A stretch of 64,000 nt of DNA from Malacoraja senta (taxonomy: Eukaryota). The notes under the pieces are model-generated. The model was not told the origin of the DNA. It did not search any database and saw nothing but the letters and a program-made list of their open reading frames with translations. This document shows positions 49,687-61,123 of this stretch, piece after piece; positions within the stretch are counted from its first letter, which is position 1, and each line of letters begins with the position of its first letter. Where the stretch lies: the NCBI GenBank assembly GCA_038087875.1, contig CM075987.1:24740001-24804000 (forward strand), given 5' to 3'. The translations under genes and the position numbers were made by a program.

Positions 49687-51305
49687 GCATTTACTTTCAC
49701 AAGCCTATCTTTGCGTACCTGTTCCAACATACCGCTGGTAACAAAAAATGCTGGTGGCACAGTGGTAGAGTCGCTGCCTTACAGTGCCAGAGACCCGGGT
49801 TCGATCCTGACTGCGGGTGCTGTCTGTATGGAGTTTCGACCTTCTCCCCGTGACCGCGTGGGTTTCGTGCTCGGGTTTCCTCCCACGTCCCAAAGACGTA
49901 GGTTCGTTGGCTTCCGTAAATAGTGCACCTTCCTTAGTGTGTGTCGGATGGTGCTAGCGTGCGGGGTGATCGCTGATCGGCGCCAACTAGATGGGCCTGT
50001 TTCCATGCTGCACTAAAGAAGTACTTTGCCGTCCTTGCCAGTGAAGTGCTTCATTCAATATACAGTTTCAAGATCATGCGGGCTTTTGAAATAAAAATAC
50101 ATTTTGTTGGCATGATCTATGAAAGAGAACCGTCTGCTCTTGCTACTTACTACATCAGTAATTACCACTTCTCGACAAACTGAAGCCAAATAACCGGCAG
50201 TTTTCCTACTAGCCAGTGGCTGATGCTGCACTTAAAGCCTGACTTGACAGAAACTTTCCACAAGTAAACAACTCCTGACTCTTGACATTATGAATTGGGG
50301 TCATAGTCCTTAGGTGGCTATCCATGTACATCAGTTGTACTGTGTATGTACTTGTAAGCGCCCTTTGTGAGGTGACTATTTGCACACCCGGGGTATGCAA
50401 GCAAAGAATTTCACTGTGACTTGTCACATGTGACAATAAAATTCTCCCCGTGACCAGCGTGGCTTTTCTCCGAGATCTTGGGTTTCCTCCCACACTCCAA
50501 AGACGTACAGGTTTGTAGGTTAATTGGCTTGGTATAAGTGTAAATTGTCCCTAGTGTGTGTCGGATAATGCAACTGTGCGTGGATCGCTGGTCGGTGTGG
50601 ACTCGGTGGGCCGAAGGGCCTGTTTCTGTCCCGAGTCCCTAAACTAAACGAAACATTCATTCATTCACAAGTTTTGGGATAGAAGGCTGCTTTACTTAAA
50701 CCTTGAACAAAAACAACATTCCTACAAATGGCCTGGATTTTGCAGTGAACATTGGCACCCTACAGGGTAGACAAAATGCTGGAGAAACTCAGCGGGTGCA
50801 GCAGCATCTATGGAGCGAAGGAGATAGGCAACGTTTCGGGCCGAAACCCTTCTTCATAATATTGGCACCCTACATGTCCCTCAAGAAAAAGATGAGATCA
50901 AAATAGAGAAATGTTGGAAGTTCATAAGTGATGCAACCCATCTAGTCTACTCCGCAATTCAATCATGGCTGATCTATCCCTTCCTCATAACCCCGTTCTC
51001 CTTCCCTTCTCCCCATAACCCCCTACACCGTACTAATCAAGAATCTATCTCTGCCTTAAAAATATCCATTCACTTGGCCTCCACAGCCTTCTGTGGCAAT
51101 GAATTCCAATGATGAATCCATGTTTGATGCGTGCAACAAATATACAATGGTGGAACTTCATATAAGCTCTCAAAGACTTATCTCTATGCTGTAGACATCC
51201 TCATTTCTACATCATCTGTTCACAAGGCCCCTGGTATTGAATGGTATGTGACATGAAGCTACATTTAGCCATCTTACTGATAATGGTTTAGAGGAGTTTT
51301 AAAAA

Positions 51306-51665
51306 CAGGGTCCACCACCGATTCTCCGGCACCCTTGGTACCAGAGCATTGCCGTGTTTTCTGTTTTGCCGGACCAACAGAGGTCGTGGCTTTGGGGGAG
51401 GGGGTAAAAATACCAGGCCGCAAAGTCAGCTATGGGAACGGATCTGCCAGCTGGGACGGAGTTCCGGAGCCTGGGGGTCAAATTCGACCTGCCAATTCGA
51501 CCTGCGCAAGTCCCGACGAGGTTGAGATCGGCCTCCTCATCCAGCCTAGGATCCACATTTTTGGTGGGACTTCCAGGGAGGGGGGATTTCAAACGCACCC
51601 TCGTAATTTTGTCCGGTTTAAAGAAAGCGGCGTACCATCAGTGGCCGGAAATTGAGTGGAGCTGC
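51306..51665. mobile_element. Degraded Tigger/pogo-like MITE
   Basis: Diverged inverted termini cagggtccacc..gattctccggcacccttggtac / gtaccatcagtggccggaaattgagtggagctg. Confidence 0.4.
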
Positions 51666-52994
51666 ATTTTAAGGGAAAACCAGGGACGTACACTAAACAG
51701 TGGGGGAGGAAATATAAAACTTGTTTTCATTTGCATACCAATAGTTTTGTAAAAATGTTGGCCGTGAGAATAACAATGCGCAGAATTACACAATATTTTG
51801 GGCTTAACATGGTGCTGAGCAATAATAGGTCAATGTGCGTGAAAAACTCACTTAGACCTAATGCAATAATGAACACCATATTCAGGTAGTCCCTGCTTTC
51901 TCCCTCCTTCCCCTCCCCTTCCCGGCTCTCCCACAGCCCACTGTCTCCACCTCTTCCTTTCTTCTTCCCGCGCCCCCACCCCCACATCAGTCCGAAGAAG
52001 GGTCTCGACCCGAAATGTCGCCTATTTCCTCCGCTCCGTAGATGCTGCCTCACCCGCTGAGTTTCTCCAGCATTTTTGTCTACCTTCGATTGTTCCAGCA
52101 TCAACAGTTCTTTCTTCAACAATATTCAGAACAGTCAAGAAGTCGTTCATTGTCATACAATTGCTGTCTCTTGATCCCATTGGCAAAAAGAGCAAACAGT
52201 TTGATGTGCAAAGTGCTGACTTGCTGACATTGACTTTGTGATTTCCCCATTCATACACAAAGAGTTACTGAAATTGCTGTCAGTTTTGTGTGATGTGTTA
52301 TGGTGAATGCTGATGCTACAACTGGGGTTTAGATGAGGGGTGGGGGGGGGGGGGATCTCATTGAAAGCTACTGAAAAATGAAAGGCCTGGATAGAGTGGA
52401 CAAGGAGAGGATGTTTCCAGTGGTGGGAGAGTCCAGGACCAGAGGGCGCAGCCTCAGAATAAAAGGACCTATCTTCAGAATGGAGAGGAGAAGGAATTTC
52501 TTCAGCCAAAGGGTGGTGAGTTTACAGAATTCATTGCCACAGACGGCTGTGGAGGCTGTCAATGGATATTTGTAAGGCAAATTGAACTATTTCTTGATTA
52601 GTAAAGGTGTCAGTGGTTACGGGGCGAAGGCAGGAAAATGGGGTTGAGAGGGAAGGATAGATCAGCCAGGATTGAATGGCGGAGTAGACTTGATGGGCCG
52701 AATGGCCTAATTCTGCTCCCAGGACTGAAGCAGTGGTGTGGGGGTGTCCAGTGGATGGTGTGGACTCGGTGGGCCGAAGGGCCTGCTATCACGCTGGGTC
52801 TCTGAACTAAACTCGACTAAAGTGTTGGGGAACGTGGGAAGAAGGATCCCGAACAGAAACGTCACCCGTCCTTTTCCTCCAGAGATGCCCGCTGACCTGC
52901 TGACTACTCCATGCATCCAAAGTGTTGATGGACTACCTCCATAAAGTGGATGTGAAAGAGACCAGAGGAGAATATCAAAGCTCCTGCAATGGGT

Positions 52995-53850
52995 ATGGCG
53001 GATATCGCTCAGTCCGCTTGAACCTACCTGATTTCCCGGTTGCTCAACACTTTAATTCCCTTTCCCATTCCCACACTGACCTTTCTGTCCTAGGTCTCCT
53101 CCATTGTCAGAGTGAGGCTAAATGCAAATTTGGAGGAACAGCATCTCATATTTTGCCTGGGCAGCTTACAACCCAGTGGTATGAAGTGTTAAAGAAGGAA
53201 CTGCAGATGCTGGAAAATCGAAGGTACACAAAAATGCTGGAGAAACTCAGCGGGTGCAGCAGCATCTATGGAGCGAAGGAAATAGGTAACGTTTCGGCCC
53301 GAAACGTTACCAGCATTTTGTGTACCAGTGGTATGAATGTTGATTTGTCTAACTTCAGGTAGCCCCGGCATTCCCTCTCTCTCTTCCCTCCCCCACCCAA
53401 GTCGCACCAGCTTCTCGTTTTCACCCAACAAACAGCTAACAATGGCCTGTGTCCTTGTTCTTTATCTCTCCACATCACCGTCTTTATCTCTTGTTCCCTT
53501 ATCCCTAACCATTCTGAAGAGTCCCGACCCGAAGCATCACCCATTCCTTCCCTCCAGAGATGCTGCCTGTCTCTTCGATCTTGTGTCCACCATCGATTTA
53601 AACCAGCATCTGCAGTTCTTTCTTTCACATTTTGTCCTCTACACTGCGAAATCTCCTCAAGGTATGTCTACTTTGAAGAAGTTCCCCTCCCCTCTCCGAC
53701 GAGTTCAGCACGCCAACATTCTATCTTTGTTCCGCCCCCTCCCCTGACATCAGTCTGAAGAAGGGTCTCGACCCGAAACGTCGCCCATTCCTTCTCTCCA
53801 GAGATGCTGCCTCACCCGCTGAGTTACTCCAGCTTTTTGTGTCTATCTTC
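52995..53850 (+). mobile_element. Penelope-like element 3' fragment: GIY-YIG C-terminus plus pseudo-LTR(s)
   Basis: RSVRLNLPDFPVAQHFNSLSHSHTDLSVLGLLHCQSEAKCK.../...GMNVDLSNFR (frameshifted and interrupted), followed by pLTR sequence with a hammerhead core at 53755-53782. Confidence 0.8.
53755..53782 (+). ncRNA. Minimal hammerhead ribozyme motif (Penelope pLTR)
   Basis: Same intact core CTGAAGAAGGGTCTCGACCCGAAACGTC, downstream of a PLE GIY-YIG fragment. Confidence 0.65.
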
Positions 53851-54414
53851 GGGTATGGTGGACTAATCTGTACAAAGCTCCTATCTGGAACTGTGCTGTG
53901 TTGGAGGTGTGATTTGGTGGGCAATATCGAATAAATGTGTCGTAAAGGAACTGCAGATACTGGTTTAAACCGAAGATAGACACAAAATGCTGGAGAAACT
54001 CAGCGGGTCCAGCAGCAGCTATGGAGCGAAGGAAAAAGGCGACATTTCGGGTCGAGACCCTTCTTCAAACTGATGTGGGGGTGGGAAGAGGAAAGGAAGA
54101 GGCGACACAGTGGGCTGTGGGGGAGCTGGGAAGGGGAGGGGAAAGAGGGAGAAAGCAGGGACTACCTGAAATTGGAGAAGTCAATGATCATACCACTGGG
54201 GTGTAAACTACCCAAGCGAAATATGAGGTGCTGCTCCTCCAATTTAGTTGGTGAGCACCGAAGCTTGGTGTCGTTTGTCCTTTACTTTCAGTCGTGAGAT
54301 TTAGTGGATTCTGCAATGCTGCCTGTCCTCCAGTTACTCCAGCTTTTTGTGTTTATCTACAAACAAATAACTTCTCCTCCTGGCAATGACAATAGAGGGT
54401 GATTTTGATCTTAC

Positions 54415-54594
54415 CTTTCTGATACTGGAGCCAGAGCTGCTGCTGGACCTTCTTGCTCGGAAAGTGTATTTTGCAAGTGAGCTCCGAGCCATAAAGAGCC
54501 TCGGCAATGTAGTGGCTCCCGTACTGCTGAATGATGGATATCATGTCCTCTCTGTTGCTCTCACCCTTGAGTATCTTCAACACGTTGGAGAAAC
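54415..54594 (-). CDS. ASTN2: Astrotactin-2 internal coding exon (180 bp, MACPF region)
   Basis: Translates to (G)FSNVLKILKGESNREDMISIIQQYGSHYIAEALYGSELTCKIHFPSKKVQQQLWLQYQK(E), including the MACPF YGSHY signature. Acceptor atccag|GT, donor AAG|gtaaga. Confidence 0.96.
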
Positions 54595-57500
54595 CTGGAT
54601 ACCAAAAGAGATATTCACATTCACAAGAGAGAAAGCTGGATGTTTAGGCTCTTGCAAAAAAACAAAACAAATTAGAACATGAGGTCTGAAGAAGGGCCTC
54701 AACCCGAAACGTCACCTATTCCTTTTCTCCAGAGATGCCGCCTGACCCGCTGAGTTACTCCAGATTGTTGTGTCTATCTTCAAAAGAACAGAAGAAATAG
54801 GAGTAGGCCATTTAGTCCCTGAAGCCTGACTTGGCTTGGCTGTAAAGTGCCAAAGAGGAGGTAGCTCAGGCAGGGACTATCGCAACTTTAAGAAGCAATT
54901 AGACAGGTACTTGGACAGGATAGGGTTGAGAGGGATACGAGCCAAACGCAAGCAGGTGGGACTAGTGTAGCTGGGACATGTTGATCGGTGTGGGGCAAGT
55001 TGGGCCGAAGGGCCTGTTTCCATGCTGTATCACTCTATGACTATATTAGTTGGGCTTTGTGGATTTCTTTCGCTTTCATTAAAAAAGCTTCTGTTCTTTC
55101 TCACAGCCAACTCTGCATGAATTGCCTTAAAGTTAACCTCATTACACACCATTGTCCCATTTAAAACCATGTGCAAATGGATGGTTAGATTTACATTGCA
55201 AATCAGTGGCCTGGTGGTTAAAAAAAATCGCAATCAGTTTTAAGATCGCAGCATAAGCCATTAAATTGACGAGTGAGGTCATTACAAATCATGCTATCAA
55301 ACACAGAATAATTTGGAAATTTAATACTCTAATTTGGGACCTTTAGGATCATCCATGTCATATTTTAGTGCATTTTCTTTGGACATTCCATAACAGATTC
55401 TGCTGATTCTGAATGAGTCTTCTGGCTAATACAGTAATGAAGCAAAAATTAAAAAAAAAAACGAAACTCACGGAAGACAAGGGGGCGCATTGAGAAAAGA
55501 CATGAGCTGGAGCAGTACATTGTGAATCTCTGAGGATGCACTCACTCGTGTGCTTGTGTTTTCAGATCAATACCGAGCTTAATTGGGAAATTCTTGCATA
55601 AATTGTAATTTCCAGTTATTCATTTGTTAATAAAAATTAATGATTCACGGTTATCCTCAACACCAGTGTGCCGCCAGGCTGTTGTTTAAGAAAAGAACTG
55701 CAGATGCTGGAAAATCGAAGGTGGGCAAAAAATGCTGGAGAAACTCAGCGGGTGAGGCAGCATCTATGGAGCGAAGGAATAGTTGATATTTTGGGTGGAG
55801 ACCCTTCTGCGGACGGATGTGAAGAAGGTTCTCGACCCGAAACGTCACCTATTCCTTCGCTCCATAGATGCTGCCTCACCCGCTGAGTTTCTCCAGCATT
55901 TTGTCCACCGCCATGGCTGTGTTCTCAGCCCCTCAATCCCCTGTGGATTCAGGACTGTGCGGCCAAATTCTGTTCTCACTCAAAAGACAAACCGTTGGAG
56001 GAACTCAGCGGGTTTTTAGTTTAGTTTAGTTTACAGAGACAACGCAGAAACAGGCCCTTCGGCCCACCGAGTCCGCGCCGACCAGCGATCCCCGCACACT
56101 AACGCTACCCCACACACCAGGGACCATTTACAATTAAACCAAGCCAATTTACCTACAAACCTGTACGTCTTTGGAGTGTGTGGAAATCGGAGCACCCGGA
56201 GAAAACCCACGCAGGTCACAGGAGAGCGTACAAACTCCGTACAGACACGCACCCGTAGTCAGGATCGAACCTGGGTCTCTGGTGCAGGAAGGCAGCAACT
56301 CGACCGCCTCACCACCGGGCCGCCCTCTGTGTAGGATAGGTTGGTAGGTTAATTGGCTTGGTATCAATGTCCCTAGAGTCGGATAGTGTTAATGTGCGGG
56401 GATTGCCGGCCGGTGCGGACCTGGTGGGCTTCGCGAAGGGCCTGTTTCCGAGCTGCATCTCGAAGCTAAATTATCCGAGCTGTATCACTAAACTAAACTA
56501 AACTAAAAGTGCTGAATAAGGGTCTCGACCCGAAACATCACATATCCATATTCTCCAGAGTTACTACGTGACCTGCTGGGTTACTCCAGCACTTTATGTC
56601 CTCTAGTGGACTTTATTGTCCTTTTCCTATTAACGTGCTTACATTTAGTGGAGTCATCTCTCCTGTGGTCACCGCAGTACAGACCCATTAATGCAGTGAT
56701 CCTGAACTGACCAGCTGGTGGTCTTTGAGCCATTGGAACTTATGCAGCTAATCCCATTTGTCCATCATCCCTGGTGCATTGGCTATAAATTCTGTGGGCA
56801 TGATAGATTGGAAGTGACTATTTACAGGCTTATTGGATGAAGTCTATGAGACGATCAAGATCAATCAGTGTCAGCGACGAAGTGAGTAAATTAAAACGAT
56901 TTGGATTATACTTCCTCCCATGCACCTCAGCACTGGCTCCTCCTCACTATCTTTACTAAATTGGCAAACCTTTCCTGCTTTCACAATCCTCCGTAAAAAG
57001 TGTATAAAATCATGAGAGGAATAGATCTGTCCCTTGCCCAGAGTGGGGGAATCAAGAACCAGATCTGTCCCTTGCCCAGAGTGGGGGAATCAAGAACCAG
57101 ATAGGTTTAAGGTGAAGGGGAAAAGATTTAATAGGAATCTGAGGGGTCACTTTTTCCACACAGAGGGTGGTGGGTGTATGGAACGAGCTGCCAGAGGAGG
57201 TATTCTCTGCCTCTGGAATTCTCTGCCTCAGAGGGTGGTGGAGGTCGGATCTCTGGATGCTTTCAAGAGGGAGCTAGATAGGGCTCTTAAATATAGCGGA
57301 GTCAGGGGATATGGGGAGAAGGCAGGAACGGGGTACTGATTGGGGATGATCAGCCATGATCACATTGAATGGCGGTGCTGGCTCGAAGAGCCAAATGGCC
57401 TACTCCTGCACCTATTGTCTATTGTAGTTAAGGCAGGGACTATTGCAGCATTTCAGAAGAAATTAGACAGGTGCATGGATTGGACAGGTTTAAAGGGATA

Positions 57501-58049
57501 TGGGCCAAACACAGGCAAGTGGGACTAGTGTAGATGGGACATGTTGGTCGGTGTGGGCAAGTTGGGCCGAAGGGCCTGTTTACACACTGTCTCAGTTTAT
57601 ACAATCTTGATTTCCCACTGAAACTTTAACTTGTTCATCCATTTAAATTGCATTCAGTTAAGAGACCAACCTTCTGTGATGCCTCTTCATACCTCCTCTG
57701 GACTATTACAAGAAATATTAAGCAAAGGTCTTCATAGCACTTCATAGCATAAGCATAGCACTCCTAATAGGAATCTGAGGGGTAACTTTTTCCACACAAA
57801 GGGTGGTGGGTGTATGGAACAAGCTGCCGGAGGAGGTAGTTGAGGCAGAGACTATCCCAACATTTAAGAAGCAGTTAGACAGGTACATGGACAGGACAGG
57901 TTTGAAGGGATATGGACCAAGCGCAGGCAGGTGGGACTAATGTAGCTGGGACATGTTGGCCAGTTTGGGCAAGTTGGGCCGAAGGGCCTGTTTCCACACT
58001 GTATCACTCTATGACTATGTACTTGCATCCAGTTATACACATCAGTATG

Positions 58050-58740
58050 TCGACAAAAGATTTCTTGGATTCCCACAGGTGTACGGTAGAGAGTATATTG
58101 GCTGGTTGCATCAAGGCCTGGTTCAGCAACTCGAACCCCAAGGAATGAAGGAGATTGCAAAAAGTGGTGAACACTGCCCAATCCACCACCGGTACTAACC
58201 TCCCCACCAGCGAAGAGATCTATAGGAGGCGCTGCCTCAAAAAGGCAGCCAGCATCACAAGAGACCCACACCACCCTGGCCACACTCTCATTTCACTCCT
58301 GCCATTGGGAAGAAGGTACAGGAGCCTGAAAACTGTAATGTCCAGGTTCAGGAACAGCATCATCCCAAAAACCATCAAGCTATTGAACATCATGAACTCC
58401 AACTAAACTCCAAACTACCTTGACTGCACTCGGGAGTTTGGGATTTGTCTGAGGTTATGGGGAGAAGTCAGGAGAATGGGGTTGAGAGGAAAAAATAGAT
58501 TGGCCATAATTGAATGTCGGAGTAGACGCGATGGGCCGAATGGTCTAATTCTGCTCCCAGAATTTGCCAACATGAATTTGTTTTGCTTTTCTTGCATGAT
58601 ATTTTTATTTATAGAATTTGTCAATGTTTCTTTATTACATTATCTTTTGATCACTGTGTTCACAAACATGTTGTGCTGCTGCAAGTAAGAATGTCATTGT
58701 TCCGTTTCAGTACATATGACCAGTAAACAGTCTTGACCCT
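58050..58740 (+). mobile_element. Rex1/Babar-like LINE 3' fragment
   Basis: RCTVESILAGCIKAWF...LQKVVNTAQ...RCLKKAASITRDPHHPGH...LPLGRRYRSL..SRFRNS. Related tails lie at 9835-10165, 20650-20945, 40450-40860, 42420-42815 and 32790-33065 (-). Confidence 0.8.
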
Positions 58741-58749
58741 TATTTTTAC

Positions 58750-58854
58750 CTGCCGATTGGGTTATTGAATTGAGTTTAACCCTGTAGAGGTTGCTTCGTA
58801 CTCTCCACTCTTGCACCATGGGATAGCCTGCTGCCTCATTGTATTTCGCATTTC
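58750..58854 (-). CDS. ASTN2: Astrotactin-2 internal coding exon (105 bp)
   Basis: Translates to (G)NAKYNEAAGYPMVQEWRVRSNLYRVKLNSITQSA(G). Acceptor ttgcag|GA, donor G|gtaaaa. Phase 1-1, in frame with both neighbouring exons. Confidence 0.95.
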
Positions 58855-60169
58855 CTGCAAAACAAAGCATGTCCTTTGTCGAATCGACAATCAAGGCACA
58901 TCACCATCATGATTTAAGAACATAAGACAAGGATTAATGTTGGTCTAAACACTTGCCTCCATAGTAGATTAAACGCCTGTCAAATATTGAAACTGAGCAT
59001 ATTGACTGCCAGTGAATTATGTCTATACAGCGGGGAAACAGGCCCTTCAGCCCACCATGCCCGTGCCAACCAGCGATCCCCTCACACCAACAGTATCCCA
59101 CACACTAGGGACAATGTTTACATTTATACCAAGCCACTTAACCTACAAATAGGGTTGATGCCTTTCTTCCGAATAAGGTACAAAGGGTCAAAATAAGGGA
59201 CAAATTCCCGACGGCAATTTGTTGCCCGACTCTGCCGTGGCTGGGTGAATGATGAATTGGCCCGGGCGCCGGATTTTGCACGCGACGTCGCGCGGCCCGT
59301 GCCAAACCTCCTCAGCTGGCCCGCCGGCTGGGGGCTTTGTGTTCAGCTGCGCGCAAAGTCCGGCACCCCATCCAACTCGTGAACCGATGATCGGCCATGA
59401 GAAGGAGGGGTGGTGGTGGTGTCAGCGGTAAGCGAAGGTCCGAAGGTCGGACAGCTGGCCGGGCTGCCGACTGACGGGGCCACGGGCGAGGCGATCGCAG
59501 GGGTGACGCCTGTTCGGTGGTGAGTAGTCGCCCAAAGAGTCGTACCTTTTTCTGGTCTTTGAAAAAAAATTCGGCGACCTGCTGCGGCTATGACGAATGC
59601 CAGCAAGTCGGCGAAAAGAAACGGGTAAGTGGGACGGGCCCTAAACACTTCCAACATTCAGCTATAAAAGTACCTCATTTAACTTAACTGTGGCAATACA
59701 CAGTAATTGAAGGGCAGGATTGCATGAAGTGGGGGCACTTTCATCATATCATTAGTTACTTACAGGCCAGAAAGCTTCTCAGAGGCGGAAGGAGATAGAT
59801 TAATGTCCTGACCCGAGCACTCTTATTCACTCTGCACACATACATTGGTCTCAGCTTTGATCGTGTCCACTGCCAGACAAAACTCTGCACAGAGGCACCA
59901 ACTGCACCAGGCTATTTATCAGTTTAATTTATTGTCACGTGTACGTGAAAAGCTTTTGATACATGTCAGTCAGCGGAAAGATGATACATCATGGCAATCG
60001 AGCTGTTTGCTGTGCATAGATACATGATAAGGGAATAACGCTAAGTGCACGGTAAAGCCAGTAAAGTCCGGTCAAACATAGTTAGAGGATCACCAATGGG
60101 GCAGATAGCAATTCAGGACTACTGTCCTGAACTAACGTTCTCACTCAGAAGGTAGTGGATATGTGGAAT

Positions 60170-60503
60170 TTTAGTTTTGTTTAGAGATACAGCGCGGAAA
60201 CAGGCCCTTCGGCCCACCGGATCCGCGCCGACCAGCGATCCCCCCGCACATTAACACCATCCAACACCCACTAGGGACAATTTTTTTTTTTATACACACA
60301 TTTACCAAGCCAATTAACCTACAAACCTGTACGTCTTTGGAGTGTGGGAGGAAACCGAAGATCTCGGAGAAAACCGACGCAGGTCACGGGGAGAACGTTC
60401 AAACTCCGTACAGACAGCAACTGTAGTCGTGATCGAACCCGGGTCTCCAGCGCTGCATTCGCTGTAAGGCAGCAACTCTACCGCTGCGCCACTGTGACCG
60501 CCC
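60170..60503 (-). mobile_element. tRNA-derived V-SINE (HE1-like), representative full-length copy
   Basis: A-box GTGGCGCAGCGG, B-box GGTTCGATC, V-domain GGAGTTTG.ACGTTCTCCCCGTG, CR1-derived tail GGGCCGAAGGGCCTGTTTCC and (TAAAC)n. More than 20 copies occur in the window, e.g. 4942-5238 (-), 5948-6412 (-), 11325-11617 (-), 13620-13878 (-), 14005-14303 (+), 35908-36180 (+), 39428-39737 (-), 39868-40178 (+), 56015-56325 (-). Confidence 0.88.
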
Positions 60504-60553
60504 TATGAGTTGCCAGATGAGGTTGTCAATGAGGTGGATAGCAGTTCAAGACT

Positions 60554-60742
60554 AAGAAGGAACTGCAGATGCTGGAAAATCGAAGGTAGACAAAAGTGCT
60601 GGAGAAACTCAGCGGGTGCAGCAGCATCTATGGAGCGAAGGAAATAGGCAACGCTTCGGGTTTCGGCCCGAAACGTTGCCTATTTCCTTCGCTCCATAGA
60701 TGCTGCTGCACCCACTGAGTTTCTCCAGCACTTTTGTCTACC
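60554..60742. mobile_element. Penelope pLTR-derived foldback unit with 14-bp TSD
   Basis: Inverted arms gtagacaaaagtgctggagaaactcag...ggcaacg / cgttgcc...gcacttttgtctac, flanked by AGCAGTTCAAGACT (60540-53, 60743-56). Confidence 0.8.
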
Positions 60743-60878
60743 AGCAGTTCAAGACTGCTCTCTGGTTGTGGTGAGATGGTTCAGTTGCCTGATAACAGCT
60801 GGAAAGAAACTGCCCATTATATAGACAATAGTGTGTAGGAAAGAACTGCAGATGCTGGTACAAAATGCTGGAGAAACT

Positions 60879-60906
60879 CTGAAGAAGGGTCTCGACCCGA
60901 AACGTC
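60879..60906 (+). ncRNA. Minimal hammerhead ribozyme motif
   Basis: Intact core CTGAAGAAGGGTCTCGACCCGAAACGTC. Confidence 0.55.
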
Positions 60907-60998
60907 ACCCGTTCCTTCTCTCCAGAGATGCCGCCTGTCCTCGCTGAGTTACTCCAGCATTTTGTGTCGATATGGATAATAGTGTTACAAACACGTAC

Positions 60999-61123
60999 CG
61001 GTGAGGAGCTGGAGGTTGGGCAGTGGCTCAGAGAGGACTCCTCGACACTGCTCCTCCACTGGAAGGGGAATCACCACCAAACCATCAGCCAGCTGAGGGA
61101 AGTCCTTCATGAAGTTATTCTCC
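60999..61123 (-). CDS. ASTN2: Astrotactin-2 internal coding exon (125 bp)
   Basis: Translates to ENNFMKDFPQLADGLVVIPLPVEEQCRGVLSEPLPNLQLLT(G), an ASTN2-type rather than ASTN1-type sequence. Minus-strand acceptor ttacag|G and donor G|gtacgt. Confidence 0.95.

Larger units (their letters stand above)
1..54414 (-). other. ASTN2: ASTN2 intron (at least 54 kb, runs off the left edge) hosting TRIM32
   Basis: A GT donor lies at 54414-54413. I could not find the expected next exon (ETTELG...MPFITYL-like) anywhere in 1-54414. Confidence 0.75.

Noticed and set aside
57023..57098. 38-bp tandem duplication
   Set aside because: A simple slippage duplication inside a CR1 fragment, with no sign of function.
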